Under the pieces are notes generated by a model. It was not told the DNA's origin. It did not search any database and saw nothing but the letters and a program-made list of their open reading frames with translations. This document shows, one piece after another, positions 18,465 through 28,155 of a stretch of DNA of 64,000 nucleotides. The stretch comes from Alphaproteobacteria bacterium (GTDB lineage: Bacteria > Pseudomonadota > Alphaproteobacteria > SP197). Within the stretch, counting starts at the first letter, position 1. Each line of letters opens with the position of its first letter. Where the stretch lies: assembly GCA_965228895.1 (NCBI GenBank), contig OZ245842.1, forward strand, positions 480,001-544,000, written 5' to 3'. The position numbers and the translations under genes were made by a program.

Positions 18465-18491
18465 TGTAACGATCGGAGGCCTGACACGTCT
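18465..18491 (+). promoter_or_regulatory. Putative ECF promoter TGTAAC-N16-CGTCT
   Basis: AAAACTGTAACG...CGTCTTA, almost identical in its conserved boxes to the copA upstream site. Confidence 0.75.
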
Positions 18492-18522
18492 TACTCGGCA
18501 CTAGTGGAGTAGAGAGGTCACG

Positions 18523-19170
18523 GTGCTTGTCAAGACGAGACGTGCGACCGAAGACGATCTATCGTTCATCGGGTGGGCGATGTACGCGGCAGCACGCTCG
18601 CAACTCCATGAGTGTCCTTGGAACACGATCCTCGGAGAACGAAAAACGCAAACCCGGCGTTTCCTCGAGTACGTTTCGCAGTCGCGCGCCGTACACTGGT
18701 GCCACGTTTCCACGTTCTGGATCGCGGAAGTGGACGGAAAACCCGCTGCGGCGATGAGCAGCTATGCACCTGCAACAGAGGGTGCTGAAGCTCTCGCTCA
18801 GTCGATACTCGATGTCGCTGAGTCGGAGTTCGACTTTCCGAGGTCGCGGCTTCGCCAGGTGAGCGAACGTCTCCAGACCGCAACATTGGGGCTTCCCAAT
18901 GATCTACCGGAAGTTTGGGGAGTCGAAAATGTCGCAGTTGTTCCTGCGCATCGTGGCAAGGGCCTGGTCGAACGACTGTTTGACAGGGTGTTCGAGGAGG
19001 GCCGTGAGAAGGGTTTCGACCGCGCACAGATCTTGTGCCTCATTGGCAATCTGCGCGCTCAGCGAGCCTGGGAACGTAACGGCTTTGAGGTGTTCTTGCA
19101 GCAGACAAGTCCGGCGTTTGACAGGTTGTTTGGAACACCGGGCGCCAAGCTTCTTGCCAGGGATCTGTGA
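18523..19170 (+). CDS. GNAT-family N-acetyltransferase
   Basis: RRATEDD, VAVVPAHRGKGL, N.RA...WERNGF. Confidence 0.85.
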   Translation: MLVKTRRATEDDLSFIGWAMYAAARSQLHECPWNTILGERKTQTRRFLEYVSQSRAVHWCHVSTFWIAEVDGKPAAAMSSYAPATEGAEALAQSILDVAESEFDFPRSRLRQVSERLQTATLGLPNDLPEVWGVENVAVVPAHRGKGLVERLFDRVFEEGREKGFDRAQILCLIGNLRAQRAWERNGFEVFLQQTSPAFDRLFGTPGAKLLARDL

Positions 19171-20330
19171 CGTTGTCGGTTCTCACTCTCTTTGATCAGA
19201 ACATGAGCGTTCGACGGGGATCGCAATCGTTGAGAACAACGGCAGCTGAATGCGCAAGTCGAGACGACAAGATCTTGATCATAGGCGGGTATGGCAAGGT
19301 GGGACGCCTCATCGCCGATCGACTGGCACCAGGATTTCCCGGCCGGGTTGTCCTTGCCGGACGAAACCGAGCCAAGGCTCAATCGGCCGCAGCGGCGATT
19401 GGACATGGCGTCGAAGGGCGTCACATTGACGTCCTAGACACGAAAGGCAACCACGCACTTGACGAAGTCCGTCTGGTGTTGTCCTGTCTGGATCAGGCCG
19501 ACACGAAACTCGTCGAGCAGTGCCTCGCTCGAGGCATCGACTATGTGGACATCAGCGCTAACTACGAATTTCTTTTGAATGTCGCCAAGTTTGACAGCTT
19601 GGCGAAGCAAGAGAACGCCCGTGTTCTGCTGAGTGTTGGTGTTGCGCCCGGGCTGACCAACATGTTGGCAGCGCGTCTCCGGTCGCGAATGGAGAGCGTC
19701 GACCGTATCGACATTCTGCTCGAAATCGGACTGGGTGACGACCATGGCAAGGCTGCAGTCGAGTGGATGTTCGACAGTTTCGATTCTGAGTTTCAAGTAC
19801 TGGAGGCCGGTCAGCTAAGGTCTGTTCGAAGTTTTGACGAAAGCATGTCGATTCGCCTGCCGGGACAAGCCGCGAAACGCAGCGCATATCGCTTTGGTTT
19901 TCCAGATCAGCTTGTGATTGCGCGGTCACTGGATGTGCCCACAGTCTCAACGTGGGTCCGCTTTGACAACCGCATGGTGACATGGCTGTTTGCGAAGGCC
20001 TCTCGGGCCGGTCTCGGTTGTCTGCTTCGACTTGGGCTGTTGCGAAAGCTGGCCGTTTGGCTGTTCATGAAGATCCATTGGGGTTCAGACATCTGTGGCA
20101 TTGGTGTCCGGGCGATGGGTCGGTCGAGCGGCGGTTCGCAAACTCTGATCCTCGGCGTTATCGGTCGAAGAGAGGCCGTCATGACAGCAATTGTCGCGGC
20201 CGAGTCCGTCCGACAGCTCTTGTCGGGGAGACTGGAGCCCGGCGTCTATCACAGCGACCAGGCGATAGCCCTCAATCCGGTTGTTTCGGCACTTAAGAAC
20301 GAGATCCCGGACCTCGTCGTAGTCTTGTAA
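19167..20330 (+). CDS. Saccharopine dehydrogenase-like NAD(P)-binding oxidoreductase
   Basis: ILIIGGYGKVG, LAGRN, YVDIS, SVGVAPGLTN. Confidence 0.8.
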   Translation: MTLSVLTLFDQNMSVRRGSQSLRTTAAECASRDDKILIIGGYGKVGRLIADRLAPGFPGRVVLAGRNRAKAQSAAAAIGHGVEGRHIDVLDTKGNHALDEVRLVLSCLDQADTKLVEQCLARGIDYVDISANYEFLLNVAKFDSLAKQENARVLLSVGVAPGLTNMLAARLRSRMESVDRIDILLEIGLGDDHGKAAVEWMFDSFDSEFQVLEAGQLRSVRSFDESMSIRLPGQAAKRSAYRFGFPDQLVIARSLDVPTVSTWVRFDNRMVTWLFAKASRAGLGCLLRLGLLRKLAVWLFMKIHWGSDICGIGVRAMGRSSGGSQTLILGVIGRREAVMTAIVAAESVRQLLSGRLEPGVYHSDQAIALNPVVSALKNEIPDLVVVL

Positions 20331-20377
20331 TGCCTCACATCGGATCGGCGAGGTCGGCGGCATGGTGAGGAGAACGA

Positions 20378-20944
20378 TTGCTTATGTCCTATACCGCTCA
20401 TAGCGCATCGCATGCTTTCAAAACTCAGGGCGTGAAGCGCCGAGATTTTCTATTTTTAGCAAGTGGCGCTGTTTTTGTGACGGGTGCTGCGGTCGCCATG
20501 TGGCCCGTAATTGACAGCATGAATCCGTCCGAGGATGTTCTTGCCCTGTCCTCGACCGAGCTTGACCTAACCTCCATCCAGCTGGGTCAGCGCGTCACCG
20601 TGAAATGGCGGGGGAGTCCGGTCTTCATCGTCCGGCGCACAACCGAGGAGATCACGCGCGCCAGGGCGGATGACGACGATCCCGATCTCATTGACCCGTC
20701 AACCGACGCCGAGCGTGTTCAGCGGCCCGAGTGGTTGGTTGTCATCGGTATCTGCACGCATCTAGGCTGCATACCGCTCGGCCAAAAAAACGGAGATCCT
20801 CTCGGTCGGTATGGAGGATGGTTCTGCCCCTGCCACGGCTCGGTCTACGACTTGTCAGGACGGGTACGGCGCGGCCCGGCGCCGCGCAATCTCGATCTTC
20901 CGCCATACATCTTCCTCGACGACATGCGTCTTCGGATCGGATAA
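20378..20944 (+). CDS. petA: Ubiquinol-cytochrome c reductase-type Rieske Fe-S subunit (orphan; no petB/petC adjacent)
   Basis: KRRDFL Tat anchor, MNPS.DVLA, KWRG.PVF, CTHLGC, CPCHGS, GPAPRNL. Confidence 0.9.
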   Translation: MLMSYTAHSASHAFKTQGVKRRDFLFLASGAVFVTGAAVAMWPVIDSMNPSEDVLALSSTELDLTSIQLGQRVTVKWRGSPVFIVRRTTEEITRARADDDDPDLIDPSTDAERVQRPEWLVVIGICTHLGCIPLGQKNGDPLGRYGGWFCPCHGSVYDLSGRVRRGPAPRNLDLPPYIFLDDMRLRIG

Positions 20945-20974
20945 CCAGCGGCGGCGATCACCAAGTTGATCCGT

Positions 20975-21592
20975 TGCGAGCCGGCGTCAGGCCTGCTGAT
21001 GATCGCGGCCATCCTGCTTGCGTTGGCCGCCGCCACCTCTGCTTTTGCGCCAATCTAAGCGGCCGTCCACCACCTACCGGTTCATGTTCGTTCTGGGCCC
21101 CGGGTCATCGACGAACCACTCGTGCAATGGATCAATGAAGGGCTGATGGCGGTCTTTGTCCTGCTTGCCAGTTTCGATGACATGGGCGCTGTCGCCATTA
21201 TCGGCCTGTTCTACGGCGAAGCCCTCGCTCCTACGCCACTCCTGCTTGTCGGCCTTGCCCTTTTGAACCGGTTCGGCATCGTCCGGCCGACAGCCTATGT
21301 GACCGTTGATCTGGTACCGTGGGTCGCGATGCTGAAGTCCGGGCTTGAGGCCGCGCTCGCGGGATTCATCGTGGCGCTGGCGGAGCCTCTGCACATGTCA
21401 GGCAGACCCTGTTCATCATCGCTGCGTAAGGTGGAAAGTCGACCTCATCCCTGGTGTGCGCTCTTCATCATCCCGCTATTCGCCTTCTGTGGTTCCGGCG
21501 TCGTCATGGACGCGGCTGCGGTTGCCGGCGCACTTGTGATTCACCTGACAACGCGGCAATCTCGGTGTACAGCGAAGAGGCAGATCTCCTGA
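20975..21592 (+). pseudogene. nhaA: Degraded NhaA-type Na+/H+ antiporter
   Basis: NhaA-like pieces (WINEGLMAVF, DDMGAVAIIGLFY, LKSG, HPW...IIPLFAF) joined by large deletions; in-frame TAA at 21056. Confidence 0.75.
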
Positions 21593-21711
21593 AGAGGTCT
21601 GTGTATATCGAGGTGGTTGTACCAGTCGCCAGCGGACGAATGTTACAGGCTTGGTTCAGGGCCCCTTTCGCAAGATAACCCGGAGCGGCGATTGCAGCCC
21701 GTTCGAGAAGT

Positions 21712-21900
21712 TTCCCTGATGTACGGACGGATCTCCCTGTTCCATTGCGTAGGGAACTTGCCTCTGGCTTGCTGATAAGGCTGCAAGAGATCGGCCGAAA
21801 AACTCAGAAACTGGCCAAAATCACAGATTTTCCCCGTATTCTCCCTGCTAACAGAGAAATCGCCACAGAGACGGTTCGCAGCGGGCTGCCCGCACCGCCA
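21712..21900 (+). repeat. Dispersed TTCCCTG-box element, copy 1
   Basis: Boxes at 21712, 21733, 21830 and 21841; ends CTGCCCGCACCGCCA, identical to 47015-47029. Confidence 0.85.
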
Positions 21901-22087
21901 GTCTCCTTGTCCGGCCATTTACCATAAAGCAGATTGTGGCGCTGACTTGTACGTCGAGTGTTGCAGGCCGTGTCTTTCTTGCGAAGTGAGGGTCGAGAGC
22001 TGAGACGGCTGGCTGATCGGCACGGGCCACTCTCTACACCAAGGCTGAGTGGCCCGCGCCGTCGATACGCATTTGTGACGAGGTCAG

Positions 22088-22798
22088 CTACGCAACGGCC
22101 GGCCGGTTGATCTCAGCAAGGACTTCCATCAAGACATCCGCCGTCCGCTTGGCCGACATCGGGTTTTGGCCGGTGACGAGCAAGCCGTCGCGATGCACGG
22201 TATCCGACCAGTTGCTGCCGGGGTTGACCTTGGCGCCAAGTTCCTCGAGCCGGGTCTGCAGAAGGAACGGGACGATGCCGGTGAGGCCGAGTTGTGCCTC
22301 TTCGGCATTTGAAAAGCACGTTACCGTGCGGCCGGCGATGAAGGGTTTGCCTGATGGGTCGGTGACGTTCACCAAGGCACTGGCACCGTGACAGACCGTC
22401 GCAACCGGTTTGCCGGCGGCAAGGAAGGCCTCGAGGAAGGCCTTTAGTTCGAAGGAGCGCGGGAAATCCCACATCGTACCGGTCCCACCGGATATGTAGA
22501 CCGCGTCATAATCGTCGACGCTTGCCTCACCGATCTTGGATGTCGCAACGACTTTGGCCATGGCTTCCTTGTCTTCAAGAAACCGACGGGTCTCGTCAGT
22601 CTGCCATTGGTCTTTCTTGCTTTCAGGGTCGATCGGCGCATCACCGCCGGCGGTCGACGCAACGGTCGTTTCGGCGCCCAGATCGTTCAACGAGCAATAG
22701 GGAATCGCAAGCTCCGACAACCAGAAGCCGGACGGCAGGCCGGTATCGCCCAGTTTGTCGGTCGAGGTCACGATGAAGAGGACTCTTGGGTTCGTCAT
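22088..22798 (-). CDS. DJ-1/PfpI (type 1 glutamine amidotransferase-like) protein
   Basis: GFWLSELAIP, YDAVYISGG.G, VCHG, LVTGQNP. Confidence 0.9.
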   Translation of the reverse strand: MTNPRVLFIVTSTDKLGDTGLPSGFWLSELAIPYCSLNDLGAETTVASTAGGDAPIDPESKKDQWQTDETRRFLEDKEAMAKVVATSKIGEASVDDYDAVYISGGTGTMWDFPRSFELKAFLEAFLAAGKPVATVCHGASALVNVTDPSGKPFIAGRTVTCFSNAEEAQLGLTGIVPFLLQTRLEELGAKVNPGSNWSDTVHRDGLLVTGQNPMSAKRTADVLMEVLAEINRPAVA

Positions 22799-22836
22799 GG
22801 TCGAAGTCTCCTTGAAGCGCTTATGTGGATTGAGAG

Positions 22837-23904
22837 CTAGTTCTTGAGCAGGACGGCTTTCTTGAGGTCAGCGACGATGCGCACTTGCGCACCGATCTCG
22901 ATCTCGCTGTCGGCAGGCGCGGAAACGATCAACTCGATATCGTCGTGACCCTCGGGCACGACACTGAGGCGCATATGCGTGCCGTGGAACACCAGATCGC
23001 TGACCAGGCCATTGGCGAATGCTGGTTCGGCGGCGCCGTTCATCAGCTTCAGATGCTCTGGGCGAAGCGAGACCTGCACGTCGCCGCCTTCGCGGGCGCT
23101 GTCGCCGGTCGGGCATGTCAACGTCCCGAGCGGCGTATCGACCGTCGTCTCTCCCGCCGTCACCGTCTTGACCGTGCCGGGCAGCAGATTGCTGGATCCC
23201 ATAAACGTCGCGGTGAACTCCGTAGCGGGCTGTAGGTATACCCGCTTGGGCGAGCCCTGATCCTCGACGGCGCCGTCCCGCATAACGACGACATTGTCGG
23301 CCAGACTCATGGCTTCTTCCTGGTCATGGGTGACATGGATGAAGATCGAGCCGATTTTGCGCTGTAACCGGTGCAGTTCGTCCTGCATGCGCCGGCGCAG
23401 ATGGAGGTCGAGCGCGCCGAGCGGCTCATCAAGCAACAGTATGACGGGCTCGATCACCAGGGCGCGGGCCAGGGCGATTCGCTGACGCTGGCCGCCTGAC
23501 ATCTCGTCGATCTTTCGATCGCCAAAATCGGTCAAGCCGATCAGGTCGAGCATCCGATCGACGGCATTGTTTATCTGCGCCTTTGACTTGCCATGCATAC
23601 GAAGACCGAACGCAACGTTCTTGCGCACCGTCATGTGCGGGAACAGTGCGTAGTCCTGAAATACGGTCGCGGTTGGCCGGTCGGCCGGCGCCATGTCTGT
23701 AATGTCCTGGCCATGCACGATGACGCGACCCGCACTGGGCTGGACGAAACCGCCGAGGATCGAAAGCAACGTCGTTTTCCCGCTGCCAGACGGTCCGAGC
23801 AGGACGACATACTCGCCATGCTCGATCGTAAGGCCGACCGACTTCAAAGCCTGGACGTCGCCGTAAGACTTGGAGAGGTCCTGGAGGATGACGGCACTAG
23901 ACAC
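22837..23904 (-). CDS. ABC transporter ATPase, PotA-like
   Basis: GPSGSGKTT, MSGGQRQR, LLLDEP, VTHDQEEA, TOBE-like tail. Confidence 0.92.
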   Translation of the reverse strand: MSSAVILQDLSKSYGDVQALKSVGLTIEHGEYVVLLGPSGSGKTTLLSILGGFVQPSAGRVIVHGQDITDMAPADRPTATVFQDYALFPHMTVRKNVAFGLRMHGKSKAQINNAVDRMLDLIGLTDFGDRKIDEMSGGQRQRIALARALVIEPVILLLDEPLGALDLHLRRRMQDELHRLQRKIGSIFIHVTHDQEEAMSLADNVVVMRDGAVEDQGSPKRVYLQPATEFTATFMGSSNLLPGTVKTVTAGETTVDTPLGTLTCPTGDSAREGGDVQVSLRPEHLKLMNGAAEPAFANGLVSDLVFHGTHMRLSVVPEGHDDIELIVSAPADSEIEIGAQVRIVADLKKAVLLKN

Positions 23905-24697
23905 GGTTTGATCCTCTTCTTGCCGCCAGGACCGAAATGGTCAGCAGGAACAACCCGAGTGAAAGGCCGAACACGATGGTGCCCGTCGCGTTGATGATCG
24001 GGTTAAGGCCGGAACGCACGGAAGTCCAAATCTCGACCGGAAGCGTCGCGTCGAACTGTGACAACAAGAACGCAATAATGAACTCGTCCCACGAGAGCGA
24101 GAAACAGAGCGCGAATGCAGCGATGAACGCGGGCAACAGTGAAGGCAGCACCACGAGCCCTAGGACCTGCCACTCTTTGGCCCCCAGGTCGCGCGCTGCG
24201 TTCTCGAGGTTGACCTGACTGGCGCCAATCTGACTGTAGAGAATGGCAAACGCGATCGGCAGGTTGATGACGATATGACCGATGATCACGGTCAGAAGCG
24301 AGCGCGGCATGTTGATCTGGCCGAAGAAAACAAGCAGTCCCATGGCGATCGTCAGATAGGAGAGCATGGCTGGTGCCAGCAGGAGCCAGGAGATTGTTTC
24401 CGCGAAACGCAGCTTGTAGCGAACCAGGCCGTAAGCCGCGAAAAATCCGAGGGTGCAGGAAGCCGTTGCCGATACCGCGCCGACGAAGACGGAATTGATC
24501 AGCGCGCTCATCTTGTTCTCATCGGCGAGCGCGGCGGCATACCATTTGAGTGTCAGGCCGTGCAGCGGCGGCATCGGCAGCGCGCCGTCCTGAAAAGAGA
24601 ACAGCACGAGGACCAGCACAGGGCTGAATATGAACAGGTAGAAGAGGCTGCCATAGATCGCGCCGCCCACCAGCAGTGACTTGTCCAGTGAGAGCAT
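23897..24697 (-). CDS. ABC transporter permease, PotC-like
   Basis: TM helices, LENAARDLGA (EAA motif), SWDEF. Confidence 0.9.
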   Translation of the reverse strand: MLSLDKSLLVGGAIYGSLFYLFIFSPVLVLVLFSFQDGALPMPPLHGLTLKWYAAALADENKMSALINSVFVGAVSATASCTLGFFAAYGLVRYKLRFAETISWLLLAPAMLSYLTIAMGLLVFFGQINMPRSLLTVIIGHIVINLPIAFAILYSQIGASQVNLENAARDLGAKEWQVLGLVVLPSLLPAFIAAFALCFSLSWDEFIIAFLLSQFDATLPVEIWTSVRSGLNPIINATGTIVFGLSLGLFLLTISVLAARRGSNRV

Positions 24698-24701
24698 GTC
24701 G

Positions 24702-25607
24702 TCAGCTCCTCGACACCTTGAGCCAACGGCTGAACAACAAAACACCAATAATCACCACGCCCATCATGATGAAGCTCAAGGCCGCAGCCTGTGGCGTGTT
24801 CGCCATACGCCCGACCTGCAGTACGATTGTTTGCGGCATTAACAATTCGTTGCTGCCACCAATGATCTGCGGCGTGACGTAGTCGCCGATGGCGAGCACG
24901 AAGGTGAGGAACACACCGACCATTACGCCCGGGATGCTCATCGGTAGAACGACTTCGAGGAACACCCGGAAGGTGCCCGCACCCAGATCACGGGCCGCGC
25001 GAATGATGTTTTTGGGGATCAGGCGCATGCTGACATAGATCGTCAGCGTCATGATCATGACGAAGTAATGAACGAAAACGATCAAGACCCCGGCGCGACT
25101 GTTCACCAGGGTCAATGGTTCGCTGATCAGGCCGATGTCGAGCAGGGCGCGGTTGAACAGGCCGCGTTCCGACAGCAGCAACAGCCAGCTATAGGTGCGC
25201 ACGACATAGGATGTCCAAAACGGCAGGACGGCGAGAACAAGGGCGGCAATCTGCCAACGTCTGGGGACGATGAAGGCAATCGTCGCGGCCAAGGCGTACG
25301 CTAAGGGAAGACTGATGACGATCGTCGCGACGGTCAGCTCGAGAGAATTGACCAGGGATCCGATCAGGTAGTCTTTTTCGAAGAACTTCTCGTAGTTCGC
25401 GATCGTCGGATCCGGCAGGATCTTGCCCGACGACCGCTTCAACAGGCTGTGCCACGTCATCAGCGCAATCGGCACGATGAAGAAAATGGCGGCAAAGATA
25501 AGCGCGGGGAGCGCATAGGCCCACCCGCGCCGCGCATCGGATGACAAGAGCGCGCGCCGACTGGCCGTGTCGGCCGCGGAAGTCGTCTCGGTCGTGGTCA
25601 TCGCCAC
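24702..25607 (-). CDS. ABC transporter permease, PotB-like
   Basis: LPFWTSYVVRTYSW, AARDLGA, GDYVTP. Confidence 0.9.
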   Translation of the reverse strand: MAMTTTETTSAADTASRRALLSSDARRGWAYALPALIFAAIFFIVPIALMTWHSLLKRSSGKILPDPTIANYEKFFEKDYLIGSLVNSLELTVATIVISLPLAYALAATIAFIVPRRWQIAALVLAVLPFWTSYVVRTYSWLLLLSERGLFNRALLDIGLISEPLTLVNSRAGVLIVFVHYFVMIMTLTIYVSMRLIPKNIIRAARDLGAGTFRVFLEVVLPMSIPGVMVGVFLTFVLAIGDYVTPQIIGGSNELLMPQTIVLQVGRMANTPQAAALSFIMMGVVIIGVLLFSRWLKVSRS

Positions 25608-25646
25608 GCGCTCACGTCTGAGAGGCTGTCATTCCGTGACCCGATA

Positions 25647-26714
25647 CTAGTGGGCCAGGAACTCCGTCCACAGTTCGAGCATCGCCTCATCGAGCTCCGG
25701 ATCGACGGCGCCATAGTCATAGGTGTTGCTCAGGTAGGCGTCGATTTCAGCCCAACGCAAACTGCTTTTCTGTTCATCCGTCAACGCCGCCTTGGCGTTA
25801 ACCGGCATGGCGTTGTAGCAACTTGCCATGGCGACCCGGGCCTGGCCTTCGGGGCTCATCAGATACTGGGCGAACTTCAGCGCGAGGTCCTGCTTTTCGG
25901 AGTCCTTGAAGATGCCTACTGACTGGCTCCAGCGCAGGCCACCCTCAACCGGCGTTCCCCAGTCGAGATAGGGTTTCTCGCCTTGCAGCGGCGCGACGAA
26001 CTCGGCGACGCCGACCAGCACATCGACGTCGCCCGCCGCAAGCGCCGTTTGCGTCGCGACGATGTCGCCGACGAGTTTCGTGTTGTCCTTCAATGCGAAC
26101 AGATCCTCGCGGACCACATCGAGGGAGGCCATATCGAAGTCGTTGGGGTTGATGCCGTGGCGAAGGCCGAGTGTCTTGATCACCGGCAGATAATAGTCAT
26201 AGACGCCGACGCGGCCCTCCATCTCCGGATCGAGCAGGATATCGAGAGACAGCGAGCCGTCGGATCCAACGGTACGGCTGTCGAAGGCGAGCGTGTTAAA
26301 GCCGAACTTTTCCGGTACCGCCCAGAGCGTGCCACCGGACTCGTGAAGGTGCGGGGTTTCGGCGCCGTCGAAGATATCGTCGTAAGGGAAGTCTGCTTTG
26401 TTGAGAGGCTGCAACCATCCGGCTTCGCCCATGCGCAAGACATCGGCACTGTCGACGACAATGACATCCCAGTCGCCGGGCTGCGACTGCTCCAGGATCG
26501 AGATGGCCGCGCCCGTCAGCTCGTAGACCTTGACATTGACCTTGACGTCATGGGCTTCCTCGAACGGCCGAATGATGTTCGGATCGTCGTGATCGCACCA
26601 CGTCATGAAGTTCAGTTCTTCGGCGGCATTGGCGCTGCCTACAGCGAAGCTCAGGCCCGTTGCAACTGTAATGGCCGATGTGCCTTTTAGAATGTCCCGT
26701 TTCGTGAGTTTCAT
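25647..26714 (-). CDS. ABC substrate-binding protein, PotD/PotF-like, Tat signal
   Basis: KRDILKG signal, FEEAHDVKV, DWDVIV, PEKFG. Confidence 0.88.
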   Translation of the reverse strand: MKLTKRDILKGTSAITVATGLSFAVGSANAAEELNFMTWCDHDDPNIIRPFEEAHDVKVNVKVYELTGAAISILEQSQPGDWDVIVVDSADVLRMGEAGWLQPLNKADFPYDDIFDGAETPHLHESGGTLWAVPEKFGFNTLAFDSRTVGSDGSLSLDILLDPEMEGRVGVYDYYLPVIKTLGLRHGINPNDFDMASLDVVREDLFALKDNTKLVGDIVATQTALAAGDVDVLVGVAEFVAPLQGEKPYLDWGTPVEGGLRWSQSVGIFKDSEKQDLALKFAQYLMSPEGQARVAMASCYNAMPVNAKAALTDEQKSSLRWAEIDAYLSNTYDYGAVDPELDEAMLELWTEFLAH

Positions 26715-26766
26715 TGAACCCTCCCTTGTTATGGTTTCGGTTATCAGCCAGGCCGGTCTGGGCCTG

Positions 26767-27795
26767 TTACTGCAGGTAGTTCATGGCTGGATTGCCCCGC
26801 GGAAACTTTTTCAGCCAGTGCAGGTATTCGACGAATTGTTTGTCTTCCTTGATCAGGAAGCCCGGCGCGAAGTGCAGTTTGTTGAGGATGGGTAGATCCT
26901 GCGCAATGAAGCGGACCTCCATGTCCATAATCGCTTCGGCCTTGTAGCGCGCCAACTTTTCAGCTTCTGCGGTGCCGTCGCCCTTGGGCACCAGAATCTG
27001 CATGTAGAACTCCATCTCCTGGGGGCCGGGCTGACCCATCGGATTGAGCATGGTGTACCAGTACCCGTCGAGCGTGCCCTGTTGGGTATAGAAGTTCGTG
27101 CCGTGGATCTCGATGCGGTACGTCGTGGCTTCACCAAGCCAATGCTTGCCAACAAACGTGAATCCGCACCAATGGTCTTCCCAGTCGATATCGGTTTCGG
27201 GCGCATCGTCGGACGAATGAAAGTCGTGCAGGGTGGCGAAGTGCTGCCAGTCAAAAGCGTTCGCCGTAATCATTTCGGGGTCGCAGTTGATTTTGGTGAC
27301 GGGCGCTTCAATCACCATCAGTTCGTCGTCGGCGTAGTCGAGGTCCGGCAGTTCCCACGTCGCTTCTTCGCCATTGAATGCAAAGATGAGCCCCCATCGC
27401 TCGCGTGTCGGAAAGGCGAAGACCGCCGCGTTTTTCGGTGGTGCCGCGCCGATCCTGGTGCCCACACACTTGCCGTTCTCACCGTACTGCCAGCCGTGAA
27501 AGGCGCAGCGCAGGGTGTTGCCCTCGACGCATCCGCCTGACAGATCAGCCCCCATGTGAGCGCAGTACGAACTGAAGACGCGCGCCTCACCGTCTTCGCC
27601 GCGGAACACCGCGACCTGTCCGCCGAGGAACCGGCGCGCGATGACCTTGCCCGCGGCGACATCGCTCGACCGGCAAATCGGATACCAGCTTTGGCTATAC
27701 ATGCCGCCGTCGCCTTGTGCCGGAATCTTCATGATCGGCCGTGCTCTGACCGGCGCGTCCTTCGGTGCGGTTTTCTTCAGCGGGGTAACACTCAT
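26767..27795 (-). CDS. Rieske non-haem iron oxygenase, catalytic subunit
   Basis: CAHMG...CAFHG Rieske motif, NAFDWQHFATLH and QD mononuclear Fe ligands; GAGG RBS before ATG 27795. Confidence 0.88.
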   Translation of the reverse strand: MSVTPLKKTAPKDAPVRARPIMKIPAQGDGGMYSQSWYPICRSSDVAAGKVIARRFLGGQVAVFRGEDGEARVFSSYCAHMGADLSGGCVEGNTLRCAFHGWQYGENGKCVGTRIGAAPPKNAAVFAFPTRERWGLIFAFNGEEATWELPDLDYADDELMVIEAPVTKINCDPEMITANAFDWQHFATLHDFHSSDDAPETDIDWEDHWCGFTFVGKHWLGEATTYRIEIHGTNFYTQQGTLDGYWYTMLNPMGQPGPQEMEFYMQILVPKGDGTAEAEKLARYKAEAIMDMEVRFIAQDLPILNKLHFAPGFLIKEDKQFVEYLHWLKKFPRGNPAMNYLQ

Positions 27796-28155
27796 CGATA
27801 CGCCCTCATGGTTTGGTTTCTGGTCCAGCGACATGGTGCGGGATGCGCACGAGCCCTGGAGGCCGTTCTTCTCCAATGTCAAAACCGTAACATCGTCGCA
27901 GTTAGCGTGTTCATCTAAAGATCAAGTCCTCAGCTATACGATCACCTGGATATCTCCTAAAAACTGATGATGGACGTGGTCCATTGCGAGTCTGGCAACG
28001 CTACGGTGGTTTCTTCGAAAAAATTCCCGATACGTGGTTAGATTATTTGGCTATCATGCTGCCTGTCAGATGAACAATTGAGAAAATCGATCAAAATTTC
28101 CGATAGTCTAGATGATCATGCTATTTTAGTGATGAAGTAAAGTGATATGACCTAG

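Noticed and set aside
21868-21900. Possible tRNA gene or clean tRNA 3' fragment (GGTTCG...CCGCCA)
   Set aside because: No cloverleaf, the T-stem does not pair, and the GGTTC-to-CCA distance is longer than in tRNA; kept only as a loose resemblance within the repeat.
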